Positions 56,528-64,000 of a stretch of DNA of 64,000 nt are shown here, piece by piece. The translations under genes and the position numbers were made by a program. The notes beneath the pieces were generated by a model. That model was not told the DNA's origin and made no database searches. It was given only the letters and a program-made list of their open reading frames with translations. The stretch comes from Candidatus Poribacteria bacterium. GTDB taxonomy: Bacteria; Poribacteria; WGA-4E; WGA-3G. The stretch covers positions 4,160,001-4,224,000 of the forward strand of contig OZ242029.1 of the NCBI GenBank assembly GCA_965205015.1, read 5' to 3'. Positions within the stretch are counted from its first letter, which is position 1; each line of letters starts with the position of its first letter.

Positions 56528-59179
56528 ATGAAACCGAAACATCTATGGGTTCTGACGGTTTTCTTTGTAACGCTTACATCGGTACTGACTACCTTTGCCC
56601 AAGATTCATCGCAGTGGCATCTCCCCGAAGGTGCCAAAGTGCGATTTGGTAAAGGTAATATCAGCCAAATCGTATATTCACCTGATGGAACGCTTTTGGC
56701 ATTGGGGAGTAGCCTCGGTATTTGGATTTACGATGCGGAGACGGGCGAAGCACTTGACCTGCTCACGGGGCAGACGGGTGTTGTCTATAGGGTCTCTTTT
56801 AGTCCGGATGGCACTACGCTCGCAAGTGGGAGTAGGGACAGCACCATCCGTTTGTGGGATGTCAACACGGGCAGACCCCTGCACACGCTCACGGGGCATA
56901 CGCGTGCTGTCTTTAGCGTCTCTTTTAGTCCTGATGGTCAGACGTTGGCAAGCGGGAGTGTGGACAGCACCATCCGTTTGTGGGATGTCAACACGGGCAG
57001 ACCCCTGCACACGCTCATAGGACATACGGGTGGGGCCCATAGCGTCTCTTTTAGTCCTGATGGTCAGACGCTGGCAGGTGGAAGTAGGGATGGCACTGTC
57101 CGTTTGTGGAATGCCAAAACGGGCAGACCCCTGCACACGCTCACGGGGCATACGCGTGCTGTCTTTAGCGTCTCTTTTAGTCCTGATGGTCAGACGCTGG
57201 CAAGTCAGTGTTGGGACCTCACTGTCCGTTTGTGGGATGTCAACACGGGCAGACTTCTTCGCACGCTCACAGGGCATACGGATGATGTCCGGAGCGTCCG
57301 GTTTAGTCCTGATGGTCAGACGCTGGCAAGTCTGACGCTGGACACCATCCGTTTGTCGGATGTCAGCACGGGCAGACATCTGAACACGCTCACAGGACAT
57401 ACTGGGCAGTTGGTCTTAAGTGCCTCTTTTAGTCCTGATGGCAGCATGCTGGCAACTGGAAGTATGGACCGCACTGTCCGTTTGTGGGATGTCAGGAGTG
57501 GGGCACACCTTCGCACGCTCACAGGGCATACGGCAGGTGTTGCAAGCCTCACTTTTAGTCCTGATGGCACTATGCTGGTAAGTCAGGGTTGGGATCATGA
57601 CGGCACCTTCCGTTTGTGGGATGTCAGCACAGGCAGACATCTGAGCACGCTCACAGGCCATGGTACGGGTTGGCTTGCGGGTTCGGTCAAAAACGTCTCT
57701 TTTAGTTCTGATGGCAGCACGCTGGTAAGTCGGACTTGGGACAACAACGTTTACTTGTGGGATGCCAACACGGGCAGACACCTTCGCAGGCTCACAGAGA
57801 ATGAGGGGAGATGTTTCCTTGGCGTCTCCGTGAGTCCAGATGGCACCACGCTGGCAAATAGAGGTCAGGATGGCAATATCAGAAACATCAGTTTGTCGGA
57901 TGTCAATACCGGCAGACACCTTCGCACGCTCACAGGGCATACGAATAGAGTTGTACGGGTTTCTTTTAGTCCTGATGGCAGCACGCTGATAAGTTGGAGT
58001 TGGGACGCGACTATCCGTTTGTGGGATGTCAGGAGTGGGGAACACCTTCGCACGTTCACAGAAAAGGATATGCCGGATGCCTATAACCTATCCTTTAGTC
58101 CAGATGGCACCACGCTGGCAGGTGGAAGTAGGGATGGCACTGTCCGTTTGTGGAATGCCAAAACGGGTAGACCCCTTCACACGCTCACAGGGCATACGAG
58201 TAATGTCGAAAACGTCTCTTTTAGTCCTGATGGCAGCACGCTGGTAAGTGGGAGTTGGGACGCGACTATCCGTTTGTGGGATGTCAGGAGTGGGGAACAC
58301 CTTCGCACGTTCATAGGGCATACGGGTAATGTCTGGAGCGTCTCTTTTAGTCCAGATGGCACCACGCTAGCAGGTGGAAGTACGGATGGCACCGTCCGTT
58401 TGTGGGATGTCAACACGGGTAGTGCCCTTCGCACGCTCACGGGACATACGGAGCCTGTCAAAAGCGTATCCTTCAGTCCAGATGGCACCACGCTGGCAAG
58501 TGGAAGTAGGGATGGCACCGTGCTTCTTTGGGAACTCGTGCCGACTTCACCGGAACCCGAAAGCATCGCCGAGGATGTCAACGGCGACGGTGTCGTCGAC
58601 ATTATCGACCTGACTTTGGTTGCATCAAACTTCGGGAAAATAGGACAAAACGCAGCGGATATCAACGGAGATGGCACCGTCGATATCGTTGATCTCACAC
58701 GGGTTGCTGGCGCATTTGGGAACGCAGCTGCCGCACCTGAAGTATGGAGTCGCCATCTGGAGATCACCCTCACAAGAGAGCAAGTTCAACAGTGGCTAAC
58801 TCAAGCCCAGCAGATGAACCTGACAGATTTGACATTTCAACGTGGGATTCTCATCTTAGAACAACTGCTTACGGTATTGACACCCAAGGAAACGGCACTT
58901 TTGCCGAATTACCCGAATCCGTTCAACCCTGAGACGTGGATGCCCTATCAGTTGGCAGTACCCGCAGACGTTAGCGTATCTATCTATTCAGCGAATGGAC
59001 GCTTGATTCGGACGCTTGATTTGGGACAGCAGCCTGTAGGGGTCTATAAATCCCGGAGTCGTGCAGCGTATTGGGATGGCAGAAATGCGTTGGGTGAACC
59101 CGTGGCAAGTGGAGTCTACTTTTATACGCTTACCGCAGGCGACTTTACCGCGACACGGCGGATGCTCATTCTGAAATAG
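56528..59179 (+). CDS. secreted WD40-repeat protein (about 14-15 repeats) with dockerin-like and C-terminal sorting domain
   Basis: Signal peptide, LPEGAKVRFGKG, tandem GHT..V.SVSFSPDG.TLASGS.D.T.RLWD, DVNGDG and NYPNPFNPETW. Promoter TTGACA-18-TATTAT at 56407-56436. Confidence 0.92.
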   Translation: MKPKHLWVLTVFFVTLTSVLTTFAQDSSQWHLPEGAKVRFGKGNISQIVYSPDGTLLALGSSLGIWIYDAETGEALDLLTGQTGVVYRVSFSPDGTTLASGSRDSTIRLWDVNTGRPLHTLTGHTRAVFSVSFSPDGQTLASGSVDSTIRLWDVNTGRPLHTLIGHTGGAHSVSFSPDGQTLAGGSRDGTVRLWNAKTGRPLHTLTGHTRAVFSVSFSPDGQTLASQCWDLTVRLWDVNTGRLLRTLTGHTDDVRSVRFSPDGQTLASLTLDTIRLSDVSTGRHLNTLTGHTGQLVLSASFSPDGSMLATGSMDRTVRLWDVRSGAHLRTLTGHTAGVASLTFSPDGTMLVSQGWDHDGTFRLWDVSTGRHLSTLTGHGTGWLAGSVKNVSFSSDGSTLVSRTWDNNVYLWDANTGRHLRRLTENEGRCFLGVSVSPDGTTLANRGQDGNIRNISLSDVNTGRHLRTLTGHTNRVVRVSFSPDGSTLISWSWDATIRLWDVRSGEHLRTFTEKDMPDAYNLSFSPDGTTLAGGSRDGTVRLWNAKTGRPLHTLTGHTSNVENVSFSPDGSTLVSGSWDATIRLWDVRSGEHLRTFIGHTGNVWSVSFSPDGTTLAGGSTDGTVRLWDVNTGSALRTLTGHTEPVKSVSFSPDGTTLASGSRDGTVLLWELVPTSPEPESIAEDVNGDGVVDIIDLTLVASNFGKIGQNAADINGDGTVDIVDLTRVAGAFGNAAAAPEVWSRHLEITLTREQVQQWLTQAQQMNLTDLTFQRGILILEQLLTVLTPKETALLPNYPNPFNPETWMPYQLAVPADVSVSIYSANGRLIRTLDLGQQPVGVYKSRSRAAYWDGRNALGEPVASGVYFYTLTAGDFTATRRMLILK

Positions 59180-59256
59180 AGGGTTGCGAATTGACAACCT
59201 ACATAACTGTCCTGGACCGACCACGAATGTTCCCTCCAGTTTCAAATTGAAGGTAA

Positions 59257-59535
59257 ACTTGGTTTATAGTAGACTGTTGGTTCGCGGGATCTTTCCTAAC
59301 ATCAGTAACCTTTGGGTGTTTAGGTGGAACTGCCGTTGCAGTAAATGCCCAATTTATGCCAGTGACCGCACCTACGCACCGATTGATGGGAAAATCCGCT
59401 ACCTACGTCAATGCTTACATAACCGCGTATAAGCGAGAGGTCAGGAACAAACGACTCATCTACACATCTACTGGATGTATAGCTGGATCGGCGGTTGCTG
59501 CTTTATTCACTTACCCTCGTCTTTACATCTACTAA
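59257..59535 (+). pseudogene. start-less fragment of a small membrane protein gene
   Basis: Open frame WFAGSFLTSVTFGCLGG...RLMGKSATYVNAYITAYK...GCIAGSAVAALF...* preceded by a stop, with no start before the first hydrophobic segment. Confidence 0.5.
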
Positions 59536-59714
59536 TTAGAGGGCTATAAACTCATCAAAATGAGATTGTTAGTAGCAGGGACTGTATCTCCGCATGCTAA
59601 CACAGATGGGTATTGCCGATGCGCCTGAAAAGATTGGCATATTTTCACAGAAAGTGGTATAATGTTCTCAGTCTGGTAACGTAATGCTATCACCACAAAC
59701 AGGAAGGTCAAATA

Positions 59715-59954
59715 ATGGAACATCAAGTTACCCTCAATATTCCTGATGCCATGTACCAACGCGCTCGCCAAATTGCAAAAACGCAAGGGGTTAAATTAGA
59801 AAATGTCCTCGTTGATGTGTTACGTGCGTATTGGGCTGCTGTCAAGGATCCTTTGACTGAGGCAGAGAAACTGGCAACTATTGCCCCAAGTATAGAATCA
59901 ACAGATTGGTGGGATGTTGAAGGCGATAAGGAGTGGGACACATGGACACCCTAA
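59715..59954 (+). CDS. putative antitoxin (ribbon-helix-helix-like)
   Basis: VTLNIPDAMYQRARQIAK N-terminus, acidic Trp-rich tail; overlaps the toxin start. Confidence 0.7.
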   Translation: MEHQVTLNIPDAMYQRARQIAKTQGVKLENVLVDVLRAYWAAVKDPLTEAEKLATIAPSIESTDWWDVEGDKEWDTWTP

Positions 59955-60277
59955 AGTCCGCAGATGTGATTATTGCCGATTTCCCAGGAGTTACAGGCAT
60001 TAAAAGGCGACCGGCAGTGGTTATCTCAACTGTGGATTACCATACCATCGCTGGAGACGTGATTCTTGGAGCAGTAACAACGAATTTAACCATTGCAACG
60101 ACACCTACAGATCACTTGATTGCTAATTGGACAGGAGCAGGTCTCCGTAGACCAAGTGCATTTAGGAGTTTCCTTGTAACACTCCCACAAAGCAAAGTTT
60201 TAGCAGTCATTGGGCACTTATCACCTGCAGATTGGCAAAAGGTGCAGGCATGCCTCCGCAAAGCAATAGCGGTGTGA
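59942..60277 (+). CDS. PemK/MazF family toxin
   Basis: DVIIADFP..GIKRRPAVVIS, AVTT, AGLRRPS and IGHLS motifs. Confidence 0.85.
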   Translation: MDTLKSADVIIADFPGVTGIKRRPAVVISTVDYHTIAGDVILGAVTTNLTIATTPTDHLIANWTGAGLRRPSAFRSFLVTLPQSKVLAVIGHLSPADWQKVQACLRKAIAV

Positions 60278-60394
60278 GTGCTTTCAGATTCAATACTTCC
60301 TATTCGACAGAATTTTTACACCCCCCTTTACATTTTTCCCGTAAACATGCTATACTTTATCAAACATTCTTGTGAAGTAAGGAGAAATTTTGAA

Positions 60395-61441
60395 GTGATA
60401 CAGATATTTTACAAGTTACGCGATAACATTGCAATCCAGGCATTATACCTGTGCCTTTTCATCATTGGACTCATGCTAATTGGGAGCACGAATCTTGAAG
60501 CGAAAGGACATGAAAAATTTAAGGTTGCCATGCTACTTCCGGGTTCAATCAGCGATGCGGGGTGGAACGCCTTAGCGTATGAAGGACTGAAAGCGATTGA
60601 AAAACAGCTCGGCGCGGAGATCAGTCATGCTGAGACCCGAACCCCGACGGATCAGGAAGAACAATTCCGCGCGTATGCACTCGACGGTTATAACATGGTG
60701 TTCGGACACGGATACGAGTTCCAAGATCCCGCAAAGGCGGTCGCTCCGGATTTTCCTGAGACGATTTTCATTACGTCTTCCGGTGGCACGATCACCAATA
60801 ATATCTCAGCTGTTAACTTTCGTGTTGAACAGGCCGCCTATCTGTTAGGGATGATCGCAGGAAAGATGACACAAACCAATAAGCTCGGCGTCATGGGTGG
60901 ACAGAACATCCCATCTGTCAATAGCACGTTTATGGCGTTTGAAGGTGGGGCGAAAAGTGTGAATCCTGAAGTAGAGGTATCTTGGGTATACGTCGGAAAC
61001 TGGGAGGACATCGGTAAAGGCAAGGAACTCGCACTTGCACAGATTAATGAGGGTGTTGACTTCCTTTTCCCGAATGCAGACGCAGCAGGACTCGGGGCTT
61101 ATGAAGCTGCTGAAACTGCCCAAAAAGAGGGAAAAACTGTTTACGCGTTCGGTGCGAATCGTGACAAGAGCGATATTGCCCCGGAAGTCGTCATTGCAAA
61201 TGCTGTGATTACGCCCAATGCATTTGTGCAGATTGCTAAGATCATTAAGGAAGGCACGTTTAAGCCCCAGATCTATACCTTCAATATGCTCACGGATGAG
61301 GCGATCACGCTCACCTATAACCCCGCATTGAAGGATAAAGTGCCGGCAGACGTGCGAAAAGCTGTTGAAGAGGCGAAAGCCAAAATCCTCGCAGGCGAGT
61401 TGAAGGTGCCACAAATTGATTTCTCTGAAAAGGAAGATTAG
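60395..61441 (+). CDS. BMP family ABC substrate-binding protein
   Basis: PGSISDAGWNALAYEGL, FGHGYEF and YLLGMIAG; AAGGAG RBS before GTG 60395. Confidence 0.9.
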   Translation: MIQIFYKLRDNIAIQALYLCLFIIGLMLIGSTNLEAKGHEKFKVAMLLPGSISDAGWNALAYEGLKAIEKQLGAEISHAETRTPTDQEEQFRAYALDGYNMVFGHGYEFQDPAKAVAPDFPETIFITSSGGTITNNISAVNFRVEQAAYLLGMIAGKMTQTNKLGVMGGQNIPSVNSTFMAFEGGAKSVNPEVEVSWVYVGNWEDIGKGKELALAQINEGVDFLFPNADAAGLGAYEAAETAQKEGKTVYAFGANRDKSDIAPEVVIANAVITPNAFVQIAKIIKEGTFKPQIYTFNMLTDEAITLTYNPALKDKVPADVRKAVEEAKAKILAGELKVPQIDFSEKED

Positions 61442-61516
61442 AGCGATGGGCGGGGAGGCCCGCCCCTACGAACGTCCATCATTTTAAGGTGGACAGCACA
61501 ATACGGAGACCAGTTA

Positions 61517-62566
61517 ATGAAACCGATGCCTTATAAATCAGGACCCAGCCTCATAATTTATACGTTGCAGCTGTGTTTGATTGCAATTGGATTTATACTT
61601 ATTGGGAATACAGAACTCTCTGCGAAAGGACATGAAAAATTCAAAGTGGCATTGCTTTTACCTGCCTCTATTACCGATGGCGGCTGGAACGCTTTTGCTT
61701 ATGATGGACTTAAAGCGATAGAAAAGGAGTTAGATGCCAAAATTAGCCACGTTGAGAGTCGAACGCCTACCGATCAGGAAGCACACTTTCGTGATTATGC
61801 CATGGATGGGTATCAACTGATTTTTGGGCACGGCTTTGATTATCAGGATTCTGCGAAACAAGTTGCCCCAGATTTTCCTGAAACGGTTTTTATCACATCG
61901 ACCGGTAGCACCGTCACTGATAACATATCCCCTATGGTTTGGGCTATTGAGGAACCTGTTTACTTATTGGGGATTATAGCCGGAACGATGACCCAAACAA
62001 ACAAAATCGGTATTGTCGGTGGACAAAACATCTCGGCTATCAATAGTATGTTTAGTGCGTTTGAAGAGGGCGCAAAGAGCGTTAACCCTGATGTCGTGGT
62101 CCGTCGAGCGTATGTCGGCAATTGGTCGGACATCGGTAAAGGCAAGGAACTCGCCCTGGCACACATTAATGAAGGCAGCGATTTTCTCTTTCCGGTTGCG
62201 GATGTCGCAGGACTCGGCGTTTTTCAAGCCGTAGAGGCAGCGCAAGCCGATGGAAAAGTCGTTTACGCTTTCGGTTCATATCGAGACCAGAGCGAGGTGT
62301 CCCCTACAACTATAGTCGCGAGTGCCATTGTTACACCCAAGGTCTTTGTCCACATCGCCAAGGTTGTGATGGAGAAAACCTTTGAACCTCGACTGTATAT
62401 TTTCACAATGGCAACAGATGAAGCGATTACTTTTGGATACAACCCCGCGTTGAAGGACATGGTGCCAGAGGCAACGCAAAAAGCAGTGAAAGCAGCGAAA
62501 GCCAAAATCATTGCTGGTGAATTGAAGGTGCCACAAACCTATTTGACTGCAGCAGACGAAGAATAG
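61517..62566 (+). CDS. BMP family ABC substrate-binding protein, tandem paralog
   Basis: Colinear with the previous gene (AKGHEKFKVA, DIGKGKELALA, AGELKVPQ). Confidence 0.9.
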   Translation: MKPMPYKSGPSLIIYTLQLCLIAIGFILIGNTELSAKGHEKFKVALLLPASITDGGWNAFAYDGLKAIEKELDAKISHVESRTPTDQEAHFRDYAMDGYQLIFGHGFDYQDSAKQVAPDFPETVFITSTGSTVTDNISPMVWAIEEPVYLLGIIAGTMTQTNKIGIVGGQNISAINSMFSAFEEGAKSVNPDVVVRRAYVGNWSDIGKGKELALAHINEGSDFLFPVADVAGLGVFQAVEAAQADGKVVYAFGSYRDQSEVSPTTIVASAIVTPKVFVHIAKVVMEKTFEPRLYIFTMATDEAITFGYNPALKDMVPEATQKAVKAAKAKIIAGELKVPQTYLTAADEE

Positions 62567-62606
62567 ACACTGCAAAATATGTAATTTTGTGTTTGGAGTA
62601 TGCATC

Positions 62607-64000
62607 ATGGCACATAAAATAGAAATTGATGGTGTCGAAGTCACCTTTACTGAAGGTGAAACCGTCCTTGAAATTGCAGAACGCCATCAGAAAGAGATTC
62701 CAACGCTCTGCTATGATCCAAGGCTTGAGCCTTTCGGTGGGTGTCGCCTGTGTATCGTCGAATTAGAAGGTGCGCGAACTCCGGTGGCATCTTGTACAAC
62801 GAAAGCGACCCCCGGAATGGTGGTTCGCACAGCGACGGATACAATAGAAGCGTATCGCAAGACGCTGCTCGAGATGGTCATCGGTGAAAATCGTGAAGTC
62901 GATGTGTCCCCTCTGCGCGGTTATGCATCTGCCGAACTCACAGACCTCCGGGACAGGTACGAGATTCACGGAAACCCACGTATCACAGGGGCAACATCTG
63001 GCACGAGTAAAACCGATGAAAATCCGTTCATTCTCAGAGATTACGAACTCTGCATCTCCTGTTATCGGTGTGTCCGCGTCTGTGCCGAACAGGAAGGCGA
63101 CCACGCCATCAATGTCATGAATCGTGGTTTCCATACGCAGATTACGACCGAATTTGACGGGCTTCTCAAGGACTCCGCTTGCACCTTCTGTGGACAGTGT
63201 ATCCAGACCTGTCCGACTGGAGCACTCGGCGACAAGAAGGCACTACGGCATGCTGATGTTACGGCACAACGGCGTGTGCCTACGACTTTGCATGATATTG
63301 AAAAAACGCGCACAATTTGTCCCTACTGCGGGGTCGGGTGTTCCGTTGATGTGCTAACGAAAGACGAAAAAATCGTTGGTATCCACCCCGCAATGGACGG
63401 TCCCGCCAATCAGGGTGCCCTCTGTGTTAAAGGTCAGTTTGCTTACGACTTTGTCCAGCATCCCGACCGACTGACAACGCCACTCATCCGCGGTGACGAT
63501 GGAGAACTCCATGAAGCCACATGGGAAGCGGCTCTTAACAAAGCCGCTGAGGGATACCGGAAAGTCCATGCTGAACACGGTAGACATAGTATCTACGGTA
63601 TCGCTTCTGGGCGTGCACCGAGTGAAGCGGCGTATCTGATGCAGAAGTTTATCCGGGCTGGGTTCGGGACGAACTACATCGACAACTGTAGCCGTGCCTG
63701 ACACGCCCCGACCGTTGCCGGTCTGGCAGCGACAATCGGACGTGGCGCGATGTCGAATCCGCTCGTGGATATGCAGAAACCGGATGTAATCTTCTGCATC
63801 GGCACGAATATGACGGAGTGTCATCCTGTGGCGGCGACAGGGCTTAAGAAAGCAGTCGCCCGCGGTGCCAAACTCATCGTCGCGGATCCGAGGCGCATCG
63901 AGTTAGCCGAAATGTCGGATCTCTATCTACCGCTCCGTGTCGGTTCAGATACCGCACTACTCCTCGGTATGGCACACGTGATTGCCCGTGAAGGTTTAGT
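62607..64000 (+). CDS. fdhF: formate dehydrogenase alpha subunit, selenoprotein (UGA=Sec at 63699), partial
   Basis: N-terminal 2Fe-2S and 4Fe-4S motifs, CPYCGVGC, LCVKG; NYIDNCSRA-UGA-HAPTVAGLAATIGRGAMSN stays open to the window end. Confidence 0.9.
63713..63731 (+). promoter_or_regulatory. SECIS hairpin of fdh
   Basis: CGUUGCC-GGUCU-GGCAGCG begins 11 nt after the UGA, closely resembling the E. coli fdhF SECIS. Confidence 0.8.

Noticed and set aside
56760-58530. Regularly spaced repeats resembling a CRISPR array, with long antisense ORFs
   Set aside because: The period is about 126 bp in frame with WD40 units, there are no unique spacers and no cas genes. The antisense ORFs are shadows of the repeat.

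Overview
64 kb of a diderm bacterial chromosome of roughly 50% GC. It is most likely Candidatus Poribacteria, inferred from the secreted WD40/dockerin proteins ending in the NYPNPFNPETW...AAYWDGRN...ASGVYFY domain and from the repeat landscape. Core content: a minus-strand rpsB(t44 leader)-tsf-frr-cdsA-dxr-rseP-udg-priA run lacking pyrH and uppS; queE; selD-pyrE-ymdB-xseA-xseB-dxs-tlyA-tamB-tamA/bamA; a nucleoside/sugar ABC system split by insertions; and the start of a formate dehydrogenase. SelD and Fdh both carry an in-frame UGA followed by a SECIS-like hairpin, so they are selenoproteins that the ORF track truncates. An accessory/defence region (about 14.7-24.4 kb) holds a DUF2280-like orphan, a type IIG/ISP-like restriction-modification gene, IS3 debris, an ABC-type ATPase plus small nuclease-like pair, and PD-(D/E)xK/Uma2 genes. 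The most unusual signal is the repeat landscape. Several families of hairpin elements with arms made of 7-, 8-, 9- or 10-bp tandem units, plus GTAG-type REPs, fill many intergenic gaps. They also sit in frame inside apparently intact genes (tamB four times, tamA/bamA, an ABC ATPase, udg, fdh, possibly tlyA). An identical 19-mer is embedded in three unrelated REP contexts. No rRNA, tRNA, CRISPR array or reverse transcriptase was seen. All calls are by eye, with no database searches.
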